A stretch of DNA of 64,000 nucleotides from Hydrurus foetidus (lineage: Eukaryota), in NCBI GenBank assembly GCA_900617105.1, contig UYFQ01000004.1:1-64000 (forward strand), in the 5' to 3' direction. Within the stretch, counting starts at the first letter, position 1. Every line of letters begins with the position of its first letter. The notes beneath the pieces are model-generated. The model worked only from the letters and a program-made list of their open reading frames with translations. It was not told the origin of the DNA and made no database searches. This document shows, in pieces, positions 20,824 through 34,013 of the stretch. Position numbers and translations under genes: made by a program.

Positions 20824-20959
20824 GGGGGGATTTTCGCAGATTGTCCGCGTGGCGCCAGACGCACCGTCTCGCCTAAGCGCAGCACGCCAAAATGCAGCCT
20901 CGCCCAGCCCCAGTGGCACCAAAAAACACCAGCGTTTGACCACGGGCCACGGCTTGGCG

Positions 20960-21155
20960 CTCTAGCATCACCACGCTGAGTCCACCGAGCTGCAGCAGGG
21001 CCGTCGCATGCCCGACCCAGGTGAGCTGGGGCGGCGCCAAGGCCGCATCCTGCGCATGGCGTTGGCGGTCGTCGTGCAGCGCGACTAAATCCGGCTCCAT
21101 GCGCGGCGTTGGTGTGGAGGGGGCGTGCGGCAGACCTTTGCGCCAGGCGTTCCAT
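20960..21155 (-). pseudogene. Remnant of an MBL-fold metallohydrolase (NAPE-PLD/RomA-like), N-terminal part
   Basis: One frame reads WNAWRKGLPHAPSTPTPRMEPDL...LTWVGHATALLQLGGLSV, then loses similarity before the TDP / HxHxDH motifs. Confidence 0.65.
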
Positions 21156-21172
21156 TCATCGGCGCAAGCGCA

Positions 21173-21559
21173 TCAAGCCACTGCCAGCGTTTGGCGCTGG
21201 CGCATGGCCCAGAGGGCACATGCCAGGCCAATCCACATCGCGTTGAACATGGGAAACGCCGACAACTGCCACGGCACCACCCCGGCGACTGTGTAAAACA
21301 CACCCACTGCCAAATCGATGGCCTGAATCAGGGCCATCAGCCCCACCCACAGCGCGTGCTGCCCCGCCTGGCGGCTGATGATCCAGAACCCCAGCCCGTA
21401 GGCAATAAAGCGCGCGGCCAACATGCCCAGCGGATAGTACAAATCGGGCGCCGGAACCGTGTGGCCCATACTGGCCAAAATAGCGCCTGGCGCAAACAGG
21501 TAGGCCAAACCCAACACCAGCTGCACCGAACCGACCAACCGCAAAAATACAGAAAACAT
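21173..21559 (-). CDS. Small four-TM membrane protein (DUF4345-like)
   Basis: 128 aa with four hydrophobic segments, GAGGAG RBS, divergent from an HxlR regulator. Confidence 0.7.
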   Translation of the reverse strand: MFSVFLRLVGSVQLVLGLAYLFAPGAILASMGHTVPAPDLYYPLGMLAARFIAYGLGFWIISRQAGQHALWVGLMALIQAIDLAVGVFYTVAGVVPWQLSAFPMFNAMWIGLACALWAMRQRQTLAVA

Positions 21560-21607
21560 GGAAATGACTCCTCAAAAGTTGAACGAAGCGGTATGCTAAA
21601 AAACCCG

Positions 21608-21641
21608 CTTCACTTTGTGAAGTAGTTACCAAAAAGGAAGT
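21608..21641. promoter_or_regulatory. Candidate HxlR-type operator(s)
   Basis: Palindrome CTTCAC-TTT-GTGAAG (21608-21622) plus a degenerate copy GTTACCAAAAAGGAAGT, in the divergent intergenic gap. Confidence 0.45.
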
Positions 21642-21654
21642 GACGGAACAACGC

Positions 21655-22077
21655 ATGGCCACCCAACCCACCCCGAGCTGCGATGCCAGTTGCCCGGTGC
21701 AGCGCGCCGCCCAAGTGCTGGACGGCAAGTGGACGATTTTGGTGTTGCGCGACCTGATGGGCGGCACCAAGCGCTACTCGGAGCTGCAGCGCAGCCTGGT
21801 GGGCATCAGCCCACGCCTGCTGGCCGACCGGCTCAAGGCGCTGGAGGCGCAAGGCCTTTTGACCCGTACCGCATTTGCCACCGTGCCGCCCACCACGGAG
21901 TACAGTCTCACGCCCCAGGGTCAGACCCTGCTGCCAGTGGTGCAGGCACTGGCCGAATTTGGCAGCACGGTGTTGGCGCGGGAGCGCGCCCAGGCGACCA
22001 AAGCGGTAGCTCCGGCCCGCGTCGCCACCGTGCACCAAGTGCGCAGCGGCAAACGGCCTGCCTCGACAGGCGTTTAA
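21655..22077 (+). CDS. HxlR/DUF24 winged-helix transcriptional regulator
   Basis: CPVQRAAQVLDGKWTILVLRDL, KRYSELQRSL, ISPRLLADRLKALE, VPPTTEYSLT. Confidence 0.92.
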   Translation: MATQPTPSCDASCPVQRAAQVLDGKWTILVLRDLMGGTKRYSELQRSLVGISPRLLADRLKALEAQGLLTRTAFATVPPTTEYSLTPQGQTLLPVVQALAEFGSTVLARERAQATKAVAPARVATVHQVRSGKRPASTGV

Positions 22078-22089
22078 CCTCTCAAGATT

Positions 22090-22152
22090 GCTCTTTATTT
22101 CATAGCTGCTCGCGCAGACTCCACGCTGGCTAGCTGCCAATTTGACCTGGAA
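22090..22152 (+). repeat. Dispersed ~63-bp motif, copy 4 (between convergent hxlR and holA)
   Basis: gctctttatttcatagc tgctcgcgc agactcc acgctggctag ctgccaattt. Confidence 0.8.
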
Positions 22153-23256
22153 TTAGCGCCTGAAAGCGCCCGCAGCAGCCGGCCCGGCGGCGCACAACGC
22201 ACACAGCTGCAGCGCCAGCCGATGCAGCGACTGCCAACCCGTGGTGGGCCAGTCGGGTTGCTTGAGGCCTTTGACGATGCCGTCCACCACATGGGCGGAT
22301 TGCAGCAGTTCGGCCAGTTTGGATTCGGAGAGCTTAGGCAGCACGCGCTCGAACAGGCGCTCTTTCGCACCCCAGATGCGGTTCTCGCGCAGGGCCATGG
22401 GCAGGGGGCGGCCCTGGGCCATGGCGTCTTTCACGCGCTTCAAGGCGCGAATGTCTTCAGCCAGCGTGTAGTGCACCAGCACCTCGGCTTCGCCCTCGGC
22501 CTGCAGGCCGTCCAGCATGCGCTGCACGCGCACGGCCTGGCCGGCCAGCACGGCTTCACTCAGCTTGAACACGTCGTAACGGGCCACGTTGAGCACGGCG
22601 CTTTCCACCTGCTCCAGCGTCAAGACGCCGCCCTTTTCTCCTGCTGCAGCATCTGCAGGAAACAGCAGCGCCAATTTTTGAATTTCCTGGTGCGCAGCCA
22701 GCAGATTGCCTTCCACGCGGTCGGCAAAAAACTGCAGGGTGCGCTGGCCTTCTTCGCCCGCTTCCACGCGTTGACCCTGGGCACCCAGGCGCTGGGCAAT
22801 CCACTGCGGCAAGACGCCGCGCTCCACCGGGCTGACTTCCAGCGTGATGCCATTGGCGTCCAGCGCGGCAAACCAGGCGCTGGACTTGGTCATCTTGTCC
22901 AGGCGCGGCAGCATGACGATGGTGAGCGTGGAGTCGTTGCCCTGGGCGCCTTCGGCCAGCTGCTGCAGCGCGACGCTGCCGTCCTTGCCCGGCTTGCCGC
23001 TGGGAATGCGGATTTCGACGATTTGCTTGTCGGCAAACAGGCTCAGCGAGCCGCCTGCGGCCAGCACCTCGCTCCAGTCAAAGTGGGCGCCGGCGACGGT
23101 GTGCGAGGTGCGCTCGGTGTAGCCATTGGCGCGGGCGTTGGCGCGGATCGCGTCCAGCGCCTCTTGCTGCAGCAGCGGCTCGTCCCCGTGCAAGGTGTAC
23201 AGGCTTTTGAGCCCGCGCTGCAGGTGGTTGCTGAGTTGGTTGGCCGCGAGTTGCAT
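22153..23256 (-). CDS. holA: DNA polymerase III subunit delta
   Basis: LYTLHGDEPLL, SLFADKQIVEIRIPSGKPGKDG, VEGNLLAAHQEIQKL. Confidence 0.95.
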   Translation of the reverse strand: MQLAANQLSNHLQRGLKSLYTLHGDEPLLQQEALDAIRANARANGYTERTSHTVAGAHFDWSEVLAAGGSLSLFADKQIVEIRIPSGKPGKDGSVALQQLAEGAQGNDSTLTIVMLPRLDKMTKSSAWFAALDANGITLEVSPVERGVLPQWIAQRLGAQGQRVEAGEEGQRTLQFFADRVEGNLLAAHQEIQKLALLFPADAAAGEKGGVLTLEQVESAVLNVARYDVFKLSEAVLAGQAVRVQRMLDGLQAEGEAEVLVHYTLAEDIRALKRVKDAMAQGRPLPMALRENRIWGAKERLFERVLPKLSESKLAELLQSAHVVDGIVKGLKQPDWPTTGWQSLHRLALQLCALCAAGPAAAGAFRR

Positions 23257-23295
23257 AGGGGCCAAGTTTAAGGCCCCCACGCTGCGCCGCGGCGC

Positions 23296-24204
23296 TCAGG
23301 CCGCGAGTTCCATCACCGTGGCTTCGGGCGCCAGCACCGCACACACCAGGTCGGTCGCGGCCCGGACGGTTTGGCCGCCAAAGTCGCGCAGCGGGTTGTA
23401 TTCGGTGACTTCGAGTGCCACAAACTTTGGGTCGTGGCTGCAGCCGGCCAGCACCTGCAGCGCGTCAGCAAGGCGAATGCCCTGCTCCACCGGCGTGCCC
23501 GTGCCGGGTGCGTCGCGCGGGTCCAGGCCGTCCAGGTCAAAGCTGATGCCCCAACCCGCGGTGCCGGTTTGCACACGGGTACGGGCTTCGTCAAAGCACG
23601 CAGCAAAGCCCCGCTCCAGCACTTCGGGCAAATACATCACGCGCACGCCCAAACTGTCTAGCAAGGCCTTTTCGGCCGGCTCATAGCTGCGCGCGCCAAT
23701 GATGACCAGATGCTCAGGGCGCAGCTTGTGGCGCCAGCCAAAAAGATCCGTCATGCCCACGGAGCCATGGCCCAACAACGCCGCCACGGGCATGCCATGC
23801 GGGGCTTGGCTGTCGGAGGTCTCGGGCGTGTGCGCGTCCAGGTGCGCGTCGATCCAGACCAGGCCCAGCGCACCTTGCGGACGCAGGTGGTCGGCCACCG
23901 CGCTCCAGGTGCCCACGGCGCAGGAGTGGTCACCACCCAGCACCAGCGGCTGCTGGTTCTGGCGCAGCACCTGCGCCACCGTGTCCGCCAAGCGCTCGGA
24001 GAAACCTTCAATCGCGTTCAGCCGACTGGTGGCCAGCATGGGTTGGGCGGTCACCGTGTCGCCCCAAATGACGGAGCGACCCGTGGCAGTCAAAGCGTTG
24101 GCAATGCCGTGTTCGCGCAGCGCAGCCGCACCCCACTTGCAGCCGCCATCGCTGGCGCCCTCGCCCACGGCGGCGCCTACCAGGTGCAATACGGCGTTGC
24201 TCAT
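23296..24204 (-). CDS. rocF: Arginase
   Basis: GGDHS, WIDAHLD, HGMPV, SFDLDGLDP..APGTGTP, EYNP; coupled to ocd. Confidence 0.9.
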   Translation of the reverse strand: MSNAVLHLVGAAVGEGASDGGCKWGAAALREHGIANALTATGRSVIWGDTVTAQPMLATSRLNAIEGFSERLADTVAQVLRQNQQPLVLGGDHSCAVGTWSAVADHLRPQGALGLVWIDAHLDAHTPETSDSQAPHGMPVAALLGHGSVGMTDLFGWRHKLRPEHLVIIGARSYEPAEKALLDSLGVRVMYLPEVLERGFAACFDEARTRVQTGTAGWGISFDLDGLDPRDAPGTGTPVEQGIRLADALQVLAGCSHDPKFVALEVTEYNPLRDFGGQTVRAATDLVCAVLAPEATVMELAA

Positions 24205-25253
24205 GCGGCTTTGCGCAAGGCAGGACGCAAGGCCGTGGCGCAGGCAAACAGATCTTTCGGATCTGGCAAATCGGGCACCAGTTGCACCGTGCTGCCCACG
24301 CCCAGCTTTTGCGACAGCGCATGCACATAGCGCAGGGCCGACAGGTCTTCCAGCGCAAAGCCAACGGAATCAAACAGCGTGACCTGGGCCGCGTTATCAC
24401 GGCCCACGCCGGTACCGGCCAACACCTTCCACAGCGGGTGGGTCACAAAGTCGGCTGGCATTTGCTGCAGTTCTCCTTCGATGCGGGTTTGCGGCTCGAA
24501 CTCCACAAACACTTTGGCGATGTCGAGGATGCTTGCCTGCAGCTCGGTCTTGCCGGGGCAGTCACCGCCCACAGCATTCAGGTGCATGCCGGGCTCCACC
24601 ATGTCGCCCGTCAAGATGGTGGCGTTGGTTTTGTCGGCAGTCACCGTGGTCACGATGTCGGCGCCGCGCACGGCCTCACGGGTGGAGGCGCAGCGCACGA
24701 TGGTGAGACTGCCAGCGTCGGTGTAGGGGCGCAGGTTGGCCACCAGCTTGTCGGTGGCCTTGGGGTCCACGTCAAACACGCGCAGCGCGGTGATGCCCAG
24801 CTGGGTCATGAAGGCAATCGCCTGAAATTCGCTCTGCGAGCCATTACCGATCAGGGCCATGGTCTTGCTCTCGGGCCGGGCCAGCACCTTGGCGGCCATG
24901 GCGGAGGTGGCCGCGGTGCGCAGCGCGGTGGTGATGGTCAGTTCACTGAGCAACTCGGGATATCCGGTGGCCACATCGGCCAGCACGCCAAAGGCCATGA
25001 CGGTGGACAGACCCTGCAGCGGATTCTTGGGGTGGCCGTTGACGTACTTGAAGGCGTAGAGCGCGTTGTCGGACACGGGCATCAGCTCGATCACACCATT
25101 GGTGCTGTGGTTGGCGGTGCGGGGGGATTTGTCAAAGTCCTCCCAGCGCAGAAAGTCTTCGCGGATGGTCTGGGCCATCTCGGACATCATGGGCGCCAGG
25201 CCGTGCTGGCGCACCAGCTCTTGCATGTCGTGGACGTCGATGTAGCGGGTCAT
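24201..25253 (-). CDS. ocd: Ornithine cyclodeaminase
   Basis: GVIELMP, FKYVNGHP, TALRTAATS, NAVGGDCPGKTEL, FDSVGFALED. Confidence 0.93.
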   Translation of the reverse strand: MTRYIDVHDMQELVRQHGLAPMMSEMAQTIREDFLRWEDFDKSPRTANHSTNGVIELMPVSDNALYAFKYVNGHPKNPLQGLSTVMAFGVLADVATGYPELLSELTITTALRTAATSAMAAKVLARPESKTMALIGNGSQSEFQAIAFMTQLGITALRVFDVDPKATDKLVANLRPYTDAGSLTIVRCASTREAVRGADIVTTVTADKTNATILTGDMVEPGMHLNAVGGDCPGKTELQASILDIAKVFVEFEPQTRIEGELQQMPADFVTHPLWKVLAGTGVGRDNAAQVTLFDSVGFALEDLSALRYVHALSQKLGVGSTVQLVPDLPDPKDLFACATALRPALRKAA

Positions 25254-25446
25254 GGTCTTCTCTCCTCAGGTGGCCGGGAGAGGTGCGGAATCCGCAGGCT
25301 TCCATAGGCCCTGATGGCCCACCCGGCATACCAAGAAGTTTAGGCTGGGGATGGGCGCTGTAAGCGCCGAAGCACTAGAGTCAAAGTACGCGAAAACGCT
25401 GAATCGATAGCAAATTACTTCCGTTTCAGAAGCTTTCTAAATGCGC

Positions 25447-25927
25447 CTACCTGTCGTTGCGCACCATGAGCGGAAAGCCCGCGAATTCCTTGACCGTTTG
25501 CAGCTCGGTGCTGGTTACCACCTTGTCGATGCCCAGACCAATGTCGTCGATCCAGGTGTTCGTCAGGTCGCGGTAGTGCGCCAGGTCGCGGCAGGCCAGG
25601 CGCACCAAGTAGTCGTAACGGCCACTCACCAGGTGGCAGGCAATCACCTCGGGGCAGGCCACCATGGCCGCCTCAAAGCGCTGGACCGTGGCCTGGCGCT
25701 GGTCCTTGAGGGCGATTTCAGCGAAGACGGAAATGTGTTCGCCCAGCGCTTGCACGGTTCACCAAGGCACAGTAGCCTTGGATGATGCCAAGCGCTTCGA
25801 GCTGGCGCACGCGGTTCAGCGTGGCGCGGGGCGAGAGGTGGATGGCTTCGGACAGCGCCTGGACGGTGGCGCGGCCATCGGCTTGCAACAGCGCCAGCAG
25901 GTGGAGGTTGGCGCGGTCAAGTTGCAT
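25447..25927 (-). pseudogene. Lrp/AsnC regulator split by a +1 frameshift near 25755 (possible sequence error)
   Basis: HTH half MQLDRANLHLLALLQADGR...GIIQGY and effector half ...CPEVIACHLVSGRYDYLV lie in different frames. Confidence 0.8.
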
Positions 25928-25955
25928 GGTGCGTTGGTGCGTTGGTGCGTTGGTG
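25927..25955. repeat. 8-bp tandem repeat (TGGTGCGT)x3.6 abutting the Lrp start codon
   Basis: tggtgcgt tggtgcgt tggtgcgt tggtg. Confidence 0.85.
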
Positions 25956-25966
25956 AAGGCCTGACC

Positions 25967-26512
25967 TTACAGCGCCTTGACCGCAGACAAGCGGCGCATC
26001 AGCTGCTGCACGATGTCGCTCTGCATGTCGCGGTAGAGCAGGGCTTCTTCGGCCTCTTTGGAGAGCACCACCGATTCGTTGAAACTGATGTCGCGCTGTT
26101 GCACGATGTCAGCATCAGGAATCAGGTCTTTACCATCAGGCGTGCGCAGGCGAAAGCGAAAGCGCATGCGCAGCTGGAATTCGCGCACTTGGCCGGAAGC
26201 GTTCAGGCCCACGACAACCTTTTCGCGGGTTTCACTCAGCACGTCCAAAATAACCTGGGCCTTGTCTTTCTCCGTCATGTCCAGCACCTGAACCGAGGCG
26301 TTGGACGCCATATTGCGCCGCACTTCGTTGCCCAAGGCGGAATTAGGCGCAAAACCCAGAGCGATGCGACTGAAGACGAAATTAGGCGCACCGCGCAGCT
26401 TGAAGCCGCAGCCGGTGAGCGTGCCCACCGCTGCGACCATAGCCGCAGCCCCAGCCCTATGAAGAAGGTGGCGACGCGACAAGGTGTGTGACGGTGATGG
26501 CAACATGGGCAT
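25967..26512 (-). CDS. lptE: LPS-assembly lipoprotein LptE
   Basis: Lipobox LTGC-GFKLRG, QVREFQL, KEAEEALLYRDM; downstream of leuS. Confidence 0.92.
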   Translation of the reverse strand: MPMLPSPSHTLSRRHLLHRAGAAAMVAAVGTLTGCGFKLRGAPNFVFSRIALGFAPNSALGNEVRRNMASNASVQVLDMTEKDKAQVILDVLSETREKVVVGLNASGQVREFQLRMRFRFRLRTPDGKDLIPDADIVQQRDISFNESVVLSKEAEEALLYRDMQSDIVQQLMRRLSAVKAL

Positions 26513-26528
26513 GGCAATCTCTCAAATT

Positions 26529-29320
<2,792 letters not shown>

Positions 29321-29341
29321 TTAGGCGCTGCGCCGCAGCGC

Positions 29342-29785
29342 TCAGTTACCTGCAGGCGCGGGGGTACCGGGCGATTCGGGCTCGGCGACAAAGCCAATGC
29401 GATTTAGCCCCGCCTTTTGCGCCAGCCCCATGACCTCCACCACGCGGCCGTAGGGCACGGTGGTGTCGGCACGCAGCTGCACTTCGGTCAAGGGGTTTTG
29501 GGTAGCTGCCGTTTGAAAGGCCTGGGCCAGAACGCCAGTGGGCGTGGGCTGGTCGGCAAGGAAAATCTGGCCGGTTTTGTCAATCGCGACCGACAGGGTT
29601 TTGGGGGCATCCGCCGCCTGGGTGCCTTCGACCTGCGGCAAATCGACCTTCACCGCACTCACAAGCAGCGGCGCGGTGATGATGAAGATCACCAGCAGCA
29701 CCAGCATCACGTCGATCAACGGCGTCATGTTGATCTCGCTCATTGGCTTCGCACTGGGAGTGCGCTCCAGGCGGCCGAAACTCAT
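29342..29785 (-). CDS. exbD: ExbD/TolR biopolymer transport protein
   Basis: SEINMTPLIDVMLVLLVIFIITAP, LRAD..VPYGRV. Confidence 0.9.
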   Translation of the reverse strand: MSFGRLERTPSAKPMSEINMTPLIDVMLVLLVIFIITAPLLVSAVKVDLPQVEGTQAADAPKTLSVAIDKTGQIFLADQPTPTGVLAQAFQTAATQNPLTEVQLRADTTVPYGRVVEVMGLAQKAGLNRIGFVAEPESPGTPAPAGN

Positions 29786-30417
29786 GGCTGCGACGTCAGC
29801 AGCAATTCGCGCAGGTCGCGTGCAAAGCCTTCCAGGTCGGCCTCGATGCGCCCGATGATGCGGCCCAGGATGTTGTAGCCCAGCACCGCAGGAATAGCCA
29901 CCGCTAGCCCCGCAGCCGTCATGATCAGCGCCTCGCCCACGGGGCCGGAAATCTTGTCGATACTGATCTGGCCAGCGCCGGCAATGCCGATCAGCGCATG
30001 GTAGATGCCCCACACGGTGCCCAGTAGCCCGACAAACGGCGCAATGGAACCCACGGTCGCCAGCAGCACCTGTCCGTACTGGAGTTTGTGCAAGATCTGG
30101 TGCAAGGCATCGCGCAGCACGCGGGTGAGCTGCTGTGATTTGTCTCCGCTGCAGCCAAGGTGCCTTTTGCTCCCAAATTAATCCTGCAATGGCGGTAATA
30201 CGAGCATTTCACGGTCAAATGCTTTGATTTTGGGTTGTGCCCAGATCGGGGGCTTGCCAGAACGCCGCCGTGCTGCGGGCCACATCACCAGCGCACGCTG
30301 CAGCAGCCAAGATTTCCAGAGAATCACGACCCAACTGGCCACCGACATGGCCAACAGCATCAGCGCCACCAAGCGGCTGACGGCATCGCCTTGGGTAAAC
30401 AGTTGCAGCGCGTTCAT
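29782..30417 (-). CDS. exbB: MotA/TolQ/ExbB proton channel protein, frameshifted at ~30120-30290
   Basis: N-terminal QGDAVSR...[12 protein letters not shown] and C-terminal [13 protein letters not shown]...[17 protein letters not shown] are in different frames. Confidence 0.8.
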
Positions 30418-31226
30418 GCGGGGTTTAACCCCAGCACGTCGAACATGTCGTACAGGCCCGGTGCGCGGCCTGCCAAGAAGCGCACGGCACGCAGGCTGCC
30501 CTGAGCGTAGGTGGCGCGGCTGGACGATTTGTGGGTTATCTCGATACGCTCGCCCGTACCGGCAAACAGCACGGTGTGGTCGCCCACGATATCGCCACCA
30601 CGGATGGCGGCAAAGCCGATGGTGGAGGGGTCACGCTCGCCGGTGATGCCTTCACGGCCATAAACCGCACAGTCGGCCAACTTGCGGCCTTGGGCTTGGG
30701 CGATGACTTCGCCCATTTTGAGGGCGGTGCCGGAGGGCGCGTCCACCTTGTGGCGGTGGTGGGCTTCGATGATTTCGATGTCGTAACCCGTTGCCATCGC
30801 CTTGGCGGCCATTTCCAACAACTTCAAGGTCACGTTCACGCCAACGCTGAAATTGGGCGACATCACGATGGCGATGTCTTGAGCGATAGTGGTGATCTCA
30901 GTCTTTTGCGCGTCACTGAAGCCGGTGGTGCCAATCACAGCGTTGACACCCAGCTTGCGGCAGGCGTGCAGGTGCGCGATGGTGCCTTCGGGGCGGGTGA
31001 AGTCGATCAGGGTTTTGGCGTGGTGCAGACCTGCGGCCAAGTCAGCGGTGATCAGCACGCCACCGGATTTGCCCACGCTGGCATCTGTGCCGATACCGGG
31101 GCTGGTGGCGATGTCGAGCGCACCGGCGAGTGTGCAATCGCTAGCGTTATGGACGGCTTCGATCAGCATCTGGCCCATGCGGCCCGATGCGCCAGCGATG
31201 GCAATGGCGTGCGTCATGTTGGTCAT
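30414..31226 (-). CDS. dapB: 4-hydroxy-tetrahydrodipicolinate reductase
   Basis: [32 protein letters not shown]. Confidence 0.96.
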   Translation of the reverse strand: MTNMTHAIAIAGASGRMGQMLIEAVHNASDCTLAGALDIATSPGIGTDASVGKSGGVLITADLAAGLHHAKTLIDFTRPEGTIAHLHACRKLGVNAVIGTTGFSDAQKTEITTIAQDIAIVMSPNFSVGVNVTLKLLEMAAKAMATGYDIEIIEAHHRHKVDAPSGTALKMGEVIAQAQGRKLADCAVYGREGITGERDPSTIGFAAIRGGDIVGDHTVLFAGTGERIEITHKSSSRATYAQGSLRAVRFLAGRAPGLYDMFDVLGLNPA

Positions 31227-31306
31227 GGTTGTCCCTATCCAGCGTTAGCGGTGAGGGCTGTTCAGGGCCCAGCGCAGACACACTCGCGCGGGGCACGGTA
31301 GAGCGA

Positions 31307-31875
31307 TTAAGGCGAAGCGCCTTCGAGCGGCAACGGTCGACACAGCTGCCGGTGCCGCTGGACGAGGCGGCTGGTGTCACTTGCTTGGGGGCAAAGGGCT
31401 TCAGACTGCCGGGATCCACTTGCAGCACGGGGACTTTGCCCAGTTTGCGGTTAGATTCAAGTTGAGCGACGAATTCGGTTTCGCTGGGCATTTCATCGCC
31501 CTCAAAGCGCGTCATCGCATCGCCTTCAAAAAACACGCTCAAGCGGCGCGACTGGGTGTCCACGCCTTGGCGGTGCAAGGTGAACACGTAATCCCAGCGG
31601 TTGCTGTGAAAAATACTGGCCAGCAGCGAGGTGCCCAAAATATCGCGAACTTGGTTGCGAGACATGCCGGGTTTGAGGGCCGCTACCTGCTCTTTCGACA
31701 CGAAATTGCCCTGCACCACCTCAAGGCGGTAGGGGCTGACGGCGGTGAGCAAGCGGTTGGTGCTGGTGTCCACGCTGCCACAGCCGCTCAGCAGCAGGCT
31801 TGCGCCCACGCACGCGGCAAGTGCCATCGACAAACGAAGAGACAAACAAGAGAGCGAAGGGGCGTTGGCAAACAT
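31307..31875 (-). CDS. bamE: Outer membrane protein assembly factor BamE; probable frameshift near 31340
   Basis: Lipobox LSGC, QGN, GMSRNQVRDILG, FHSNRWDY; divergent from fur. The annotated ORF runs into dapB, whereas another frame gives ...PLEGASP* ending at 31307. Confidence 0.85.
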
Positions 31876-31999
31876 GGGGCCGATCAAGCAGTGGGCTGTA
31901 GCGATATGATGATTCCATTGTAGCGACTGCTTATTTGTGGGCCATTGCCCCACCCTCAAGCGGCGTTTTTAAACCGCTCAGTCGCACCGAAAGCATCTC

Positions 32000-32470
32000 A
32001 TGGCCAATATCGACGAACTCAAAAGTACCGGCCTCAAAGCCACCCTGCCCCGCCTGAAAATTTTGGAAATTTTCCAAAAAGGCGAACAACGCCACATGAC
32101 GGCTGAAGACGTGTTTCGCGTGCTGCTGCAAGACCGCTCGGACATTGGCCTGGCCACCGTTTACCGCGTGCTGACGCAGTTTGAGCAGGCCGCCATCCTG
32201 AGCCGCAGCCATTTTGAGAGTGGCAAAGCCGTCTACGAACTGAACGAAGGCCAACACCATGACCATTTGGTGTGCCTGGACTGCGGCCGCGTAGAAGAGT
32301 TTTATGACGCTGAAATCGAGCGCCGCCAAAACGACGTGGCGTTGCGCAAAGGCTTTGTGATTGCCGACCATGCGCTAAGCCTGTATGCCAATTGCACCAA
32401 AGAGGCCTGCCCTAACCGGCCAGCACCGAATCCTCGAGGCGGCTTCAGCACGGGAAATACATCCCTATAG
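32000..32470 (+). CDS. fur: Ferric uptake regulator
   Basis: [33 protein letters not shown]. Confidence 0.97.
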   Translation: MANIDELKSTGLKATLPRLKILEIFQKGEQRHMTAEDVFRVLLQDRSDIGLATVYRVLTQFEQAAILSRSHFESGKAVYELNEGQHHDHLVCLDCGRVEEFYDAEIERRQNDVALRKGFVIADHALSLYANCTKEACPNRPAPNPRGGFSTGNTSL

Positions 32471-32478
32471 GCGCAGGA

Positions 32479-33429
32479 TCAGTCGTCTGACTCCATGAGC
32501 TTGCGTTGGCGGTCGGTGAACTCTTGGTAGGTGTCGATGCCACGCAGTTGCAAAATCGAGTTGCGCACAGCAGCTTCGACCAGCACAGCTATATTGCGCC
32601 CGGCCACCACCTGAATCACCACCTTGCGTACCGGCACGCTCAGAACGTCTTGCGTCAACGGCGTAGCGGGCATACGCTCGTAGTCGCGCTCTAAAACTTC
32701 TTTGCGCACCAAATGCACGATGAGCTTGAGGCGCATTTTGCGGCGCACAGCGGTTTCACCGAAAATGGCTTTGATGTCCAGCAGACCAATGCCACGCACT
32801 TCCAGCAGGTTTTGCAGCAAATCGGGGCAGCGACCTTCAATGGTGGTTTGGTTGATGCGAAAAATATCCACCACATCATCGGCCACCAAGCCGTTGCCAC
32901 GCGAAATCAGCTCCAGCCCCAACTCGCTCTTACCTAAGCCGGATTCGCCGGTAATCAGTACACCCATGCCCAAAATATCCATGAACACACCGTGCATGGA
33001 CGAGCGGTCGGCAAAGTGCTTGGACAAGTAGGCCCGCAGCACGTCAATCACAAAGGCGGAAGACTCCTTGGTGGCGAACATCGGGATTTGGGCACGTTCG
33101 CACATCGACAGCAGCGCATCGGGGGCGGTTTGCCCATCGGCCAAAATCAATACCGGCGGCTCTAAAGTGACGATGCGCGAGATACGCCGCACGCAGTCCT
33201 CAGGCGTGGCACTGGTGATGTAGCGGATTTCCCGCTCGCCCAGAATCTGTACGCGATAGGGGTGGATGTAATTCAGGTACCCAACCAAATCGGCACCGGA
33301 ACGGGCCGCGCTGATGGCCACTTCGTCAAAACGGCGTTCTGAAGCGCCCAGACCCGCCACCCACTCCCAGCGCAAATGGCCGCGAAACTCTTCAAACAGA
33401 GCGTCGGCACTGACTGCGGTGGGTTTCAA
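32479..33429 (-). CDS. hprK: HPr kinase/phosphorylase
   Basis: [28 protein letters not shown]. Confidence 0.95.
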   Translation of the reverse strand: MKPTAVSADALFEEFRGHLRWEWVAGLGASERRFDEVAISAARSGADLVGYLNYIHPYRVQILGEREIRYITSATPEDCVRRISRIVTLEPPVLILADGQTAPDALLSMCERAQIPMFATKESSAFVIDVLRAYLSKHFADRSSMHGVFMDILGMGVLITGESGLGKSELGLELISRGNGLVADDVVDIFRINQTTIEGRCPDLLQNLLEVRGIGLLDIKAIFGETAVRRKMRLKLIVHLVRKEVLERDYERMPATPLTQDVLSVPVRKVVIQVVAGRNIAVLVEAAVRNSILQLRGIDTYQEFTDRQRKLMESDD

Positions 33430-33454
33430 GGGCGTAGCCTATTCAGAAAACGGG

Positions 33455-33922
33455 TCAGGCCGCGCGGGCCGACTCCCAGCCGGAAATCAGGCCGTACAGC
33501 AGCGCGCTGTCACTGCAGCTGGTGATTTGCTCACGCAAAACCGCGTCACTCAGCAGCTCGGCGATCTCGGAGAGGATTTCCAGGTGCTTTTGGGTGGCGG
33601 CTTCGGGTACCAGCAAGAAAATCAACAAACTGACCGGGATATCGTCCGGTGCGTCAAACCCAATCGGATTGGCCAGCTGAAACACTGCGGCCATGGGGGC
33701 CTTGAGCCCCTTGATCCGCCCGTGGGGGATGGCCACGCCATGGCCCAGACCGGTGGAACCCAGCCGCTCCCGGGAGAACAGACTGTCAGTGACCAGCGCA
33801 CGGCTGAGGCCATGCAGATTCTCGAAAAGCAGACCGGCCTCTTCGAAAGCCCTTTTTTTGCTGGTGACGTCGACTTGCGCAAGTACTTGCGAAGCGGAGA
33901 GGATGGACGCGAGTCGGTTCAT
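33455..33922 (-). CDS. ptsN: PTS IIA nitrogen-regulatory protein
   Basis: RERLGSTGLGHGVAIPH, FDAPD, HLEILSEIA. Confidence 0.94.
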   Translation of the reverse strand: MNRLASILSASQVLAQVDVTSKKRAFEEAGLLFENLHGLSRALVTDSLFSRERLGSTGLGHGVAIPHGRIKGLKAPMAAVFQLANPIGFDAPDDIPVSLLIFLLVPEAATQKHLEILSEIAELLSDAVLREQITSCSDSALLYGLISGWESARAA

Positions 33923-33945
33923 GGTGTGAGACGAATTATGCACAC

Positions 33946-33975
33946 AAAAAAACCGCCCATGACAGGGCGGTTTTT
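33946..33975 (-). terminator. Rho-independent terminator after hpf (potentially bidirectional)
   Basis: AAAAAAACCGCCC-ATGACA-GGGCGGTTTTT. Confidence 0.8.
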
Positions 33976-34013
33976 GGGTGGCGCTCCCTAGCGCTTAAGG
34001 ACTACATCAGGCT

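Noticed and set aside
31902..31921. Fur box in the bamE-fur gap (GATATGATGATTCCATTG)
   Set aside because: Only about 8 of 19 matches to the consensus in the registers I tried.
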